Below, piece after piece: positions 10,947-20,531 of a DNA stretch of 64,000 nt. A program made the position numbers and the translations under genes. Every line of letters starts with the position of its first letter. Position 1 is the first letter of the stretch. This DNA comes from Candidatus Flexicrinis affinis (GTDB lineage Bacteria > Chloroflexota > Anaerolineae > Aggregatilineales > Phototrophicaceae): the NCBI GenBank assembly GCA_016716525.1, contig JADJWE010000002.1, positions 579,951 through 643,950 on the forward strand. Direction: 5' to 3'. The notes below the pieces were generated by a model. That model ran no database searches. It had not been told where the DNA came from and worked only from the letters and a program-made list of their open reading frames with translations.

Positions 10947-12203
10947 TTATTCACAAGTCTCGTGCATCGTGGGCGTGATTGCAGTGGGGTTGGAGAAGTT
11001 GTCGCTCTCGAAGTCGTAACCGTAGAAGGCGGCTGCGGTGTTGTCACCGTTCTCGTCGAACCCGAAGGTGCCGATGATGCCTTCGAAGTCGGCCGTGCTG
11101 CGGACAGCTTCGAGGACCGACGCGCGATCGACGGTGCCGGTCTCAGACGCGCTACCGAGCGCGTTGAGGACGACCTGCATCGACGCGTAGGCGTACACGC
11201 TGTACGGATCCGGCTCTTCGCCAAACTGCTCGACGTAGTCGGTGTAGAACCGCACGCCCTGCTCGTTGCTGAGCAAGCTCGGCAGCAGGCCGGGGAACGT
11301 GAAGTAAGTGTTGTTCGCCAGAATCTCGGCACCGCCGACCTGTTCGATCAGCGCGGCAGAGAGGATTCCGTCCGGACCCATGAACTTGATGCCTTCATCG
11401 AACAGACCTTCGTCGTACATGGCCTGAACAACGCGCGGGCCGCCGCTGTCAAGCACGAAGCCGCCGTAGATCAGGTCGGCGCCGTCGCGCAGCGCAGCCG
11501 TCAGAGCCGAACGCGGGTCGGAATCGGCCGTCTCCAGCGACGAACGGCCGACAACGTTCAGGCCGATCTCTTCGGCGTGGTTGACGAATTCGTTGGCGAT
11601 ACCGGCGCCGTAGGCCTGCGTATCGTCAAGAACGTAGACGTTCTCAAAGCCGAGGCAGACTGCCCACGAGGCAGCCGCCGGGCCTTGTACGTCGTCGGTC
11701 GCCGCAACGCGGAAGTAGTTGACTTCGCCCGACGGACGATAGATGCCCGGCTCGTCTTCGGCGCAGGTCGGGCAGGAACGGGTCAGACCGGCGTAGCTGT
11801 TGGCGGGGCTGACCTGCACGACGCCAGCCGCGTTGGTGATCGGCATGGACACAGCGGCGGCACCGCTGTTGTACGTCCCCATGTAGACCAAGCATTCCGG
11901 ATCGTTCACGCAGCGCTGGGCGTTCTCCGCCTCGATTTGGCCGTCCCAAGCACCGGAGGTGGGCGACGCGTCGTCCAACGGCACGACTTGGACCGTAAGG
12001 CCGGCCGGCCCCATGCCTTCATTGTCTGCCAGATAGTGCTCGAGCGCCAAGTTGACTGCGTTGAGCATGGATTGACCAATGGCCTGCGTGCCGCCAGTCA
12101 GAGGCCACGACGTGTAGATCTTGACGGTCTGTCCGTCCTGCGCACTGACACCCAGAACCAGCAGGGCCAGTAGGACGAAGACCACGACGCGTTTTGCCAG
12201 CAT
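10947..12203 (-). CDS. Branched-chain amino acid ABC transporter substrate-binding protein (LivK/LivJ-like)
   Basis: Signal peptide begins at the internal Met (MLAKRVVVFVLLALLVLGVSAQ); the track ORF extends to 12248. It has a periplasmic-binding-protein type I composition and is the first gene of the liv-type operon. Confidence 0.8.
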   Translation of the reverse strand: MLAKRVVVFVLLALLVLGVSAQDGQTVKIYTSWPLTGGTQAIGQSMLNAVNLALEHYLADNEGMGPAGLTVQVVPLDDASPTSGAWDGQIEAENAQRCVNDPECLVYMGTYNSGAAAVSMPITNAAGVVQVSPANSYAGLTRSCPTCAEDEPGIYRPSGEVNYFRVAATDDVQGPAAASWAVCLGFENVYVLDDTQAYGAGIANEFVNHAEEIGLNVVGRSSLETADSDPRSALTAALRDGADLIYGGFVLDSGGPRVVQAMYDEGLFDEGIKFMGPDGILSAALIEQVGGAEILANNTYFTFPGLLPSLLSNEQGVRFYTDYVEQFGEEPDPYSVYAYASMQVVLNALGSASETGTVDRASVLEAVRSTADFEGIIGTFGFDENGDNTAAAFYGYDFESDNFSNPTAITPTMHETCE

Positions 12204-12308
12204 TTTTGCACTCTCCTCACACAGTATAATTTGCGAGCCGCGCAACACTGCCTTTTCGGGCGGTGTGCGCGCATTGTAGCGACTCGCCTAATGTACCGGC
12301 AAATTCTC

Positions 12309-13205
12309 ATGACAAAGGACGGTTTCCCCGTGATTCGAGGCGCCATCTACGGGCTGACGGCTGCGGCCATTTGGGGCGGAATGTACGTCGTGTCGGACGT
12401 CGTGCTGCCGGTGATCCCGCCATTCGCACTGCTCACACTTCGGCTGCTGTTGGGCGGCGCGGTGCTGCTTGCGCTGTTGGCGTATCAGCGCAGGAACGGC
12501 AGCGGACCGGCCTTGCCCCGCCGATCGGACCTGCCGGTTCTGCTCGGCGTCGGGCTAATCGGGTTCGGTGTCAGCATCGGGGCGCAGTTCGTCGGCACCG
12601 ACCTGTCGACCGCGATCAACGGCTCGGTCGTGACGAGCGCGTCGCCGGCGTTCATCGTGCTGTTTGCGGCGCTGATCCTGCGCGAGCGCCTCAACATGCG
12701 CCGTGTGCTGGCCGTCGGGTTGGCGAGCATCGGCGTGCTGTTGATCCTCGACCTCAGCCAAGCCAGTTTCTCGTCGGACACATTTCGCGGCGATGTGGCG
12801 CTGGCAGTCGCGGCGGTGACATGGGCGCTGTATTCGGTATTGGTCCGCCGCGTCAGCAAGAATCGCGATACGCTGGTCGTCACGCTGGCGGCGTTCGCGG
12901 GCGGACTGCTGCTCACAGTACCTGCCGCCGCAATTGAAGCGGGCACGCGGCCAGTCGGCGAGATCACACCGGCGATCGTGCTGGGCGTACTGTATCTCGG
13001 CGTGATCTCGACGGCCGTGGCGATGTGGATGTGGAACCGCGCTTTCGCGCTGGTCGATGCGTCGGTCGCGTCGCTGTTCTTCTTCGCACAGCCGGTCGTC
13101 GGCGCGGCGTTGAGCGTGATCCTGCTGGGTCAGCCGCTGACCGTGCCGCTGATCGCCGGCAGCATTCTGATCGCCGCCGGCGTGCTGCTGGCCCTGCGCG
13201 GTTAG
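12309..13205 (+). CDS. DMT-superfamily transporter (EamA/RhaT family)
   Basis: Ten predicted TM segments in two EamA-like halves. The track ORF begins at a TTG at 12231. The first ATG is at 12309. A GTG at about 12330 preceded by aaggacgg is an alternative start. Confidence 0.75.
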   Translation: MTKDGFPVIRGAIYGLTAAAIWGGMYVVSDVVLPVIPPFALLTLRLLLGGAVLLALLAYQRRNGSGPALPRRSDLPVLLGVGLIGFGVSIGAQFVGTDLSTAINGSVVTSASPAFIVLFAALILRERLNMRRVLAVGLASIGVLLILDLSQASFSSDTFRGDVALAVAAVTWALYSVLVRRVSKNRDTLVVTLAAFAGGLLLTVPAAAIEAGTRPVGEITPAIVLGVLYLGVISTAVAMWMWNRAFALVDASVASLFFFAQPVVGAALSVILLGQPLTVPLIAGSILIAAGVLLALRG

Positions 13206-14149
13206 TCGTTGATGCGCGGGTCGAACGCGTCGCGCAGGCCGTCGCCGATCACGAACAGACACAGCACCGTGACGAAGATCAGCAGCCCGCTGACGGTCGC
13301 CATGTGCGGCCCGCGCGTGAAGAACTGCTGCGCGTTCGAGAGCATGTTGCCCCACGTCGGCGTCGGCGGTTGAACGCCGAGCTTGAGAAAGCTCAGCGTC
13401 GCCTCGGTTAGCATCAGCCCGCCGATGCCGCCAGCCAGCGACAGGAACATCAGCGACAGCGTATTGGGAAAGATGTGGACGAGCATGATGCGCCAGCTCG
13501 ACGCGCCCATCGCCTTGGCACTTATCACAAACTCCATGCCGCGAAGTTGGATCGTCTGCCCGCGAACGAGGCGTGTCCCGCCGGTCCAACCGACCATCGC
13601 GATGACGATCACCAACGTGACCGCCGAGCGTGTCAAGATCGTCGAGAGCAGCAGCAGCAAATAAATGCTCGGGATGCTGTCGAGAGTCGTGATCACCCAG
13701 TTCATCAGGTCATCGACGCGACCGCCGAAGTAACCCGCGATCAACCCGGTCAGGACACCGATCGTCAAGGTGATGACCGACCCGAAGAAGCCGATGGCCA
13801 GCGAGATTTGGCCGCCATACAACAGGCGCGCGGCGTAGTCGCGGCCGAGGTCGTCGGTGCCGAGAATGTGGCCGGGGCTTCCGGGCGGCAGCAGACGCAT
13901 CTGCGGGTTGGTCGTCTCCGGATCGACCTGCAAGATGTGACGGCAGATCGGGTCGGCCAGCACGACCAACACGGTAATCAACGCCAGCGTGATCAGTGCG
14001 ATCAGCGTCAGGCGGTCGTGGCGGATACGCCGCAGGGCGCGCCGGGTCAGCGATTCACTCTTGAGATGCGCGGCCGGATCGTCACCCAAGCGGGCGACGG
14101 CGTCGGCGGAACGTGTGTTGGTTGCCATGATGCGAACGTCCTCAGTCAA
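13202..14149 (-). CDS. Peptide ABC transporter permease (DppC/OppC family)
   Basis: 315 aa with an EAA-loop region and a C-terminal '...GDGLRDAFDPRIND'. It overlaps the upstream DppB-type gene. Confidence 0.85.
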   Translation of the reverse strand: MTEDVRIMATNTRSADAVARLGDDPAAHLKSESLTRRALRRIRHDRLTLIALITLALITVLVVLADPICRHILQVDPETTNPQMRLLPPGSPGHILGTDDLGRDYAARLLYGGQISLAIGFFGSVITLTIGVLTGLIAGYFGGRVDDLMNWVITTLDSIPSIYLLLLLSTILTRSAVTLVIVIAMVGWTGGTRLVRGQTIQLRGMEFVISAKAMGASSWRIMLVHIFPNTLSLMFLSLAGGIGGLMLTEATLSFLKLGVQPPTPTWGNMLSNAQQFFTRGPHMATVSGLLIFVTVLCLFVIGDGLRDAFDPRIND

Positions 14150-15215
14150 GCCGGATGCGCGGGTCGATCACCGCGTACAGGATGTCGGACAACAAGTAGC
14201 CGGCAATGGTGGCGACGGCAGCGTAGATCGTGAGCGCCATGACGACCGGAAAGTCGCGCTGGGTCACGGCTTCGACGCTGGTCTTGCCCAAGCCCGGGTA
14301 GTTGAAGATCGTCTCGACCACTACTGCGCCGGATATCAGCGAGGTGATGGCCGGGCCGAGCGCGGTCGCAATCGGGATCATCGCGTTGCGCGCGGCATGG
14401 CGATACCACACCACCGTCGCGGTCATGCCTTTGGCCTGTGCCGTGCGAATGTAGTCCTGCGAGACGATGTCCAGCATCGACGCGCGCATCAGGCGGCTGA
14501 AGCCCGCCACCCCGCCGATCGAGAGCACGAACACCGGCAGGATGATGTATTCGAGGCGTTCCCAGAGCGGCGGGCACGAGTCGTTGAGCGTCATTGCGCA
14601 TCGGTCTCCAATCGGAAAGACGCGGAACTGAACGCTCAACAACAGCAGGATCATCAACGCGAACCAGAACAGGGGTATCGCCGTCAGCGCGACCGACAGC
14701 ACGCGCGACGCCTGATCGAACCATCCGCCGCGCTTGACCGCCGCCACAATCCCGATGGAAATGCCGATGACCGTGCCGAGGAAGAACGAGCTAACGCTGA
14801 GTTCGAGGGTTGGCACTACGCGCTCCACGATGATGTCAAGCACGGGCCGCTTCTTGGTGAACGACACGCCGAAGTCGCCGCGCAGTACGCCGTGCCGTCG
14901 CCCGGGTGGCTCCGCCTCGCCGTCACCATCCGAATCCAACGGCAGCAGAACAGCATGATCGCTCACGCCGTCGCCGTCACTGTCCCAGCGCATCCAGTCG
15001 TCCCCCAACAACCAGCGCAGATACTGAATATGGATCGGATCGTCCACGCCGAGCTCTGCCGCGACCCGCGCCATCTCTTCGGGCCGGGTGCCGGGCCGGA
15101 ACGCCAACTGCGCAACCGGATTACCCGACGCGGCCATCAGGACGTACGACAGCAGCGTGATACCAAAGAAGATCGGGATCGACTGCAGGAGTCTCCGGAC
15201 GATGTATCGCCCCAT
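14142..15215 (-). CDS. Peptide ABC transporter permease (DppB/OppB family) with an Asp-rich insertion in the first periplasmic loop
   Basis: 357 aa, DppB-like throughout ('...VIDPRIRLD' C-terminus). It carries an extra segment of about 40 aa containing two DSDGDG motifs. Confidence 0.85.
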   Translation of the reverse strand: MGRYIVRRLLQSIPIFFGITLLSYVLMAASGNPVAQLAFRPGTRPEEMARVAAELGVDDPIHIQYLRWLLGDDWMRWDSDGDGVSDHAVLLPLDSDGDGEAEPPGRRHGVLRGDFGVSFTKKRPVLDIIVERVVPTLELSVSSFFLGTVIGISIGIVAAVKRGGWFDQASRVLSVALTAIPLFWFALMILLLLSVQFRVFPIGDRCAMTLNDSCPPLWERLEYIILPVFVLSIGGVAGFSRLMRASMLDIVSQDYIRTAQAKGMTATVVWYRHAARNAMIPIATALGPAITSLISGAVVVETIFNYPGLGKTSVEAVTQRDFPVVMALTIYAAVATIAGYLLSDILYAVIDPRIRLD

Positions 15216-15260
15216 GATGTGTGTCCCTTACCTATAAAGTAGGCAGTTGCAGAGGCTTGT

Positions 15261-15289
15261 CCCCGGTGGGGCGCTGCCCCAGACCGGGG
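15261..15289 (-). promoter_or_regulatory. Nested GC-rich intercistronic stem-loop after the SBP gene
   Basis: ccccggt [ggggc gct gcccc] ag accgggg: an outer 7-bp helix enclosing an inner 5-bp helix, between the SBP stop (15383) and the DppB start (15215). Confidence 0.45.
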
Positions 15290-15382
15290 TTGAAAGCTGC
15301 GCCGTCTGCGACTGCATCGAACGTCCGCTGCCGGTGTGCGTTGACACCGGCGGCGGACAGGATGTGTGGTTGGATCAGTCGG

Positions 15383-17120
15383 CTAGCGGATCGTCCACGC
15401 CGGCAGGTTCCACGTCGTGCTGTTGGTCTTGGGTTCGAAGCCTTCGACAGTGCTCTGCACGATCACCGGAACGATCGACGTATTGACGAGGAAGTACGGC
15501 ACGTTGTCGTGGATGATCTCCTGCGCGCGGTCGTACAGCGCCTTGCGCTCGGCGACGTCACAGCCGGGCAGGCTGCGCGCTTCCTTCATGATCTCCTCGA
15601 ACTCGGCGTTGTAGAACGATCCGGTGTTGAAGCCGGCGCCGGGCAGATCGCCATCCAGCCCGAGCTGGTCGTACATGTCCTGCGGCCGGGTCGCGGTCAC
15701 GCCCCAGAACACCATCAGCAGGTCGTACTGTTGGGCGACGAGGCGGTCGATCATGGGCGAGAACTCCATGATGTCGAGATCAAGCTGGATACCCACCTGC
15801 TTGAGCTGATCCTGAATGAGCACGTTGGACGCATCGACCGACGGGTTACCGCCAAACGACGTCAGCGTGAGGACGAGCGGCGTGCCTGCCGGAACCGTGC
15901 CCACGGCATCGGTGGCCACGCGCGGCGTGTTGACGTCGTTGTCGTCGTCCACCCAGCCCGCTTCGTCAAGCAGCTGCTTGGACAATTCGGGATCGAACGC
16001 ATACGGCTCGATGTCCTCGTTGTACGCCCAAGACTGTGGCAGCATCGGCCCGCCGACCGGACGTCCGGTGCCGCTAAACGCGCCGGCGTTCAGGTCGTCA
16101 TGGTTGACCGCATGCACGAGGGCGCGGCGCACGTTCAGGCTGCTGAGGATTGGGTGCGGATCCTGCTCAACGAGGTTGCCTTCCTCATCGACGCCGGGGA
16201 GCGGGTTCTCGGGGTTGCCGAGGTTGATGAGCATGACCTGCCAGCCGCCGGCGGGCACGTCGACCAGCGTAAACTCGCCGTTAGCGGCGCGCTCGCGCGC
16301 CTCGGCTTCGCGGTCCTCCGGTGCATTCGAGTAGGTGATCTGTCCGTTCAGGAACTGCTCGAACTCAACCAGTTGGTCGGCCACGGTCTTGTACACGAAG
16401 CCTTCCGGCACGACGTAGCCGGCCGGGCTGTCCGGGTAGTTTTGGTCGGCCAGCAGCGTGACCTGTTCGCCCGGACGGAAATTGGCGAATCTAAACGGTC
16501 CGGCAGTGACTTCCGGGTTCAGGTTGGCCGGGTTTTCGGTGGTCATGTCCGCAAACGACGGATAGATCGACTCGAAGTAGTGCGCAGGTACGACCGGCAG
16601 AGAGGCCGCGACGAAGACCGCGGTGCAGTCCGACTCGGTGAAGTTGATGACGACCGTGTAGTCGTCCGGCGTCTCGAGCGAATCGATCGTGTTGATGAAC
16701 GATGCGATCGGCGTATCGACGTCACCGCTGACGATGGCATCGTATGCGTACTTGACGTCGCGGCTCGTAATCGGCGTGCCGTCGCTCCACGTCCAGTCGT
16801 CGCGCAGGTTAACGGTCAGCGTACGGTTGTCGTCGCTGAGTGTCCAGTCGACCGCAATCGAACCCGCGGCGCCGGGTGTCGGCAGGCCTGTCTCGGGGTC
16901 ACCGTCGATGAACGTCGGGTAGATTTGCTCGATGACGTCTTCGGACGAGCCATCAGACTGAAGGATGGGGTTGGTTGTGGCGATATCGCCGCCGAAATTG
17001 CCGAGGATGACGGGCTGACCTTCGCCGGGTCCAACCGGATCCTGCGCCGAGGCAGGGATCGCGATCAGCAGGGCGGCGAGCAGCACTGCCAACAGGGTAC
17101 GTATCGTGGAACGGGTCATG
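15383..17120 (-). CDS. Peptide ABC transporter substrate-binding protein (SBP family 5)
   Basis: Signal peptide at the internal Met (MTRSTIRTLLAVLLAALLIAIPASAQ) with a GGGGAGG Shine-Dalgarno 6 nt upstream. The track ORF runs to 17224. Confidence 0.85.
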
Positions 17121-17284
17121 CTAGACCTCCCCTTGGAAGATGGTACGACCTTCCGAAGGTAGCGAGGCCTTATTGCGATGTCTAAACATCTGACAACAAC
17201 CCCGCAAGTCCAACACGAATTCAATCGCTTTGAATGGATTCTAACGATCTCAAATGTGGTAGAGACGCGGGGTTCAGAGGCCGC

Positions 17285-18388
17285 CTAGCCGCGAATCAGC
17301 AGATGCAGATCGCCGAATTCGTGCCAAAGATAGCCGGTGGCGATAGCTTCGTGATACACGCGCATCAGGTGGGCACGCGGCGCGAGCGCCTCCAACATCG
17401 CAAGGTGCGACGCGCGCGGCTCGTGAAAGCCGGTAATCAAGCCGTCGACCGCGCGCACCCCGCGCTCCGGCGAGATCACAACGTCCGTCCATCCCTCGCC
17501 GGGATGTGTGACGCCGTCGTCATCGGTGACCGCTTCGAGCGCGCGGACAACCGTTGTCCCCACGGCGATCACGCGACGCCCTGCCCCGCGTGCCGCGTTG
17601 ACGAGCGCCGCGGTCGAGGCCGGAACGTGAAACTGCTCCTCATACGGCGGTTCGTTCTCTTCGAGGCTGGCGACGCCGGTATGCAGCACGAGTGGAGCGA
17701 ACTGCACCCCGCGCGCCGTCAACGCGGTGATCAGGTCGGGCGTAAAGGCGCGGCCTGCGGACGGCATCTCGGCGCTGCCGGGGCTGTTGGCGTACACCGT
17801 CTGGTAGTAACCGATGTCCCACGCATCAGGCACGTAGCTGTAGCGGATCGGCCGGCCGACGCGATCGAGGTAGTCAAGCACAGGCAGCGGAAGATCGAGC
17901 ACGGCCACCCACAGCCGAACATCGCTCCCGACCTGCCGCTGAACCGGTGCATACGGCGTGAGCAGCTGCGCGATGCCGCCTTCCGGCAAGACATATCGTT
18001 CTCCCGGCTTTGCCGACGACCAGCGCCGCGTCGTACCGCCATCCGGAACGCGCACCTCGACGGTCCACAGATCGCCGGGCATGCGGGTCGAAAAGTGGAT
18101 GACAAACGGTGCGCCGTCGGTCTCGCGCATCGCCGTCACAGCGGCCTTGAGCGTCGCGCTCGTGTTGATCGCCAGCACGTCGCCTGCACGCAAGTGTTGG
18201 CCGATGTCCTCAAACTGCCCGTGGTCCATGCAGTCGCACCCGGTACATGACGTCAGCAGGCGGACCTGATCGCGGCGCAGGCCGCGCGCTTCCGGCGGCG
18301 CACTGGCCTCAAGCGCATTGGGCAGCGTAAAGTCGAACGTGTCGAGGGCACGGACCGATTTCGTGAGTTCAGTCGTAAATGTTGGCAT
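17285..18388 (-). CDS. queA: S-adenosylmethionine:tRNA ribosyltransferase-isomerase
   Basis: The N-terminus 'FDFTLPNALEASAPPEARGLRRDQVRLL' matches the QueA pattern (FDYELPEELIAQ..R..SRLL). Internal 'GTTVVRALE' and 'LITGFHEPRASHLAMLEA' segments also match QueA. The start was reassigned to the Met at 18388. Confidence 0.85.
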   Translation of the reverse strand: MPTFTTELTKSVRALDTFDFTLPNALEASAPPEARGLRRDQVRLLTSCTGCDCMDHGQFEDIGQHLRAGDVLAINTSATLKAAVTAMRETDGAPFVIHFSTRMPGDLWTVEVRVPDGGTTRRWSSAKPGERYVLPEGGIAQLLTPYAPVQRQVGSDVRLWVAVLDLPLPVLDYLDRVGRPIRYSYVPDAWDIGYYQTVYANSPGSAEMPSAGRAFTPDLITALTARGVQFAPLVLHTGVASLEENEPPYEEQFHVPASTAALVNAARGAGRRVIAVGTTVVRALEAVTDDDGVTHPGEGWTDVVISPERGVRAVDGLITGFHEPRASHLAMLEALAPRAHLMRVYHEAIATGYLWHEFGDLHLLIRG

Positions 18389-18393
18389 TGGGG

Positions 18394-19488
18394 TTACTGC
18401 TCCTCGGGCGAGGGCTGAAACAATGTAAGCGCGATTCCGTCCGGGCCGGTCATGCGGCGGTTGGTGTGGCCCCACGGCGTCTTGACGATGCCGTTGACCG
18501 GCACGGCGCCTTTGCCGATCAGGCGCTCGGAATCGGCCGCGATATCCGGGACGCTGAGCGCAAGACGCACACGGTTTTCCTGCGGGCCACCCGTCTCGAT
18601 TCGATCGACGTCGGCGGCCTGCGTGCGGTCGGCGATCTCCAGCGTTGCGCGGCCGATCTCAAGCATCGCGCCGTGACCAATCGCGTCCCACCGTTCGACG
18701 ACTTCGTAACCGAGACCCTCCGTATAGAATGCGAGCGTCTTGTCGAAGTCGTCGGTCTTGAGCACGAGGTTGAGCCATCCGTGCGGCTTGGCCACCGGCT
18801 CTGCGCCGACTTCGCGCGCACGGTAACGCCCGCTCGGTGCATCGCCTTCGATCAGCCTGATCAACCCGGGAACGCTCTCCTCAGGCAGCGGCCGGTCGGT
18901 AATGTCCTCGCCGGGATACGCTTCCTGCTGCATCTTCGTCCGCATGTCGCCCGGATCGATCCACAGCACGCGCCAACCGGGCTGTTCAGCGGCCAACACG
19001 CGGGAGACTTGCTCAAGCGCGGCCTTGCTGCTGCCATAACCGCCCCACCCCGGGTATCCTACTACCGCGGCGTCGCTGCTGATGTTGATCACAGTCGCGC
19101 GCCCGTTCATTTCGGCGCGCACGGCTTGCAGGACTCCGAGCGGCGCGATCACGTTGGCGGCGTAGACATCGGCTAGAATATCGAGCGGATATTGGAGCAG
19201 TGGGGGCTGTGGCGACGGCCCGAGGATCCCGGCGTTGTTGACGACCAGATCCAGCCCGCCCAGCTCGCGGGCGGCGCGGGCAAGCGCGGCGCGATGCTCT
19301 GAGTCGCGGACATCGCCCGCGACGGCGCGGACGGTGGTGCAGGCGGCCAGTTCGTCAGCCGCGGAATTCAGCGCGTCTTGGCCGCGCGCGTCGAGGATCA
19401 GCGACCATCCGCGATCGGCCAGCCCGCGCGCAAGCGCCAGTCCCAACCCGCGCGAGGCACCGGTGATAAGTGCGGTACGTTGAGTCAT
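18394..19488 (-). CDS. Two-domain protein: N-terminal short-chain dehydrogenase/reductase fused to a C-terminal glyoxalase/VOC domain
   Basis: TGASRGLG Rossmann motif and a Y-x3-K region (YGSSKAALE) in the first ~220 aa. The last ~130 aa are VOC-like. A GGAGG RBS precedes the start. Confidence 0.7.
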   Translation of the reverse strand: MTQRTALITGASRGLGLALARGLADRGWSLILDARGQDALNSAADELAACTTVRAVAGDVRDSEHRAALARAARELGGLDLVVNNAGILGPSPQPPLLQYPLDILADVYAANVIAPLGVLQAVRAEMNGRATVINISSDAAVVGYPGWGGYGSSKAALEQVSRVLAAEQPGWRVLWIDPGDMRTKMQQEAYPGEDITDRPLPEESVPGLIRLIEGDAPSGRYRAREVGAEPVAKPHGWLNLVLKTDDFDKTLAFYTEGLGYEVVERWDAIGHGAMLEIGRATLEIADRTQAADVDRIETGGPQENRVRLALSVPDIAADSERLIGKGAVPVNGIVKTPWGHTNRRMTGPDGIALTLFQPSPEEQ

Positions 19489-19617
19489 GGTGAAACCTCC
19501 ATACGATACGACTCAAGCGTATGGCAACTACGGCAATGGACACATCGCGCGACAGGACAGCCTAGCCCTGAACGTTGGTACAGTGTACGATCTTGAGGGC
19601 ACCGGTACGGAGGTACT

Positions 19618-20528
19618 ATGACACAGCGGGTAATCACGCTGGAAAACGCATCTTGGAAGGTCGGAATTCTGCCCGAGACCGGCGCATCGGTCGCGTTCGG
19701 ACAGTTCTGGAACGGCAGCACATGGATCGACGTCATGCGCCCGACCGATCCGGCCGACTACGGCAACGCGTCCAAGTGTGCCAGCTTCATCATGCTGCCG
19801 TGGTGCAACCGCATCCGCGAAGGTGTCCTCAAGACTGCCGGACAGCGCTATCAACTGCGCACCGCGCCGGAGGACAACACCGCCCGTCATGGCGACGTGC
19901 GCAATCGACCGTTCAAGGTCGTCAAAGAGTCAAATCATGCCGTAACGTGCACGTTCGATAGCCGTGACTTCACCGACATCAACTGGCCGTTCGCGTTCAC
20001 GGCGCAGGTGCGCTATTTGCTGGACGGTCCACGCTTCACGTGGGACCTACAGATTCGCAACGTGGACAAGCGGTCGTTCCCTGCCGGCTTCGGCCATCAT
20101 CCGTATTTCGTCAAGACGAACACGCCGCCCACCCTGCAAATTCCGTGCACGCAGCAGTTCGACCTGCTGGACTCATTGGCGCACAGCGCGCCTCGCACGG
20201 TGGACCCCGCGCTCAACTTCGTCAAGCCCCGGCCGATGGGCGACCGCGTCTATGACGACGTGCTGACCGGTCGCATCCCGATGGTCGCGTACGCATGAGC
20301 TGGGACGAGCTGGACGTGATTCTTACGCTCGATGCCGAACCCGTGTTTGCGCATTGGCTGTTGTATGCGCCCGAGGGCCAGCCGTTCATCGCGCTTGAGC
20401 CGATGACCAACGTCAACGACGGTTTCAACCTCGTCGACGCCGGAATCGAAGGCTCGGGCGTGTTTATCCTGTCACCCGGCGAAATTCGCAGCGGCGCGTT
20501 CTCGATGACCGTGATGCTGGCCGACTAA
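19618..20528 (+). pseudogene. Aldose 1-epimerase (galactose mutarotase-like) family protein, split into two frames at about 20290-20297 (as sequenced)
   Basis: The N-terminal 226 aa (frame 1) and C-terminal 77 aa (frame 0, containing the conserved 'FIALEPMTN' region) together make one ~300-aa epimerase. The junction is an ATGA overlap. It is either a sequencing indel or a genuine frameshift. Confidence 0.65.
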
Positions 20529-20531
20529 CAC

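Noticed and set aside
19618-20528. Programmed ribosomal frameshifting as the explanation for the split genes (galM-like, GGDEF, esterase and others).
   Set aside because: There is no slippery heptamer or downstream pseudoknot at the junctions. The lesions are scattered in unrelated housekeeping-type genes, and many lie in homopolymer runs. Indel error is far more parsimonious.
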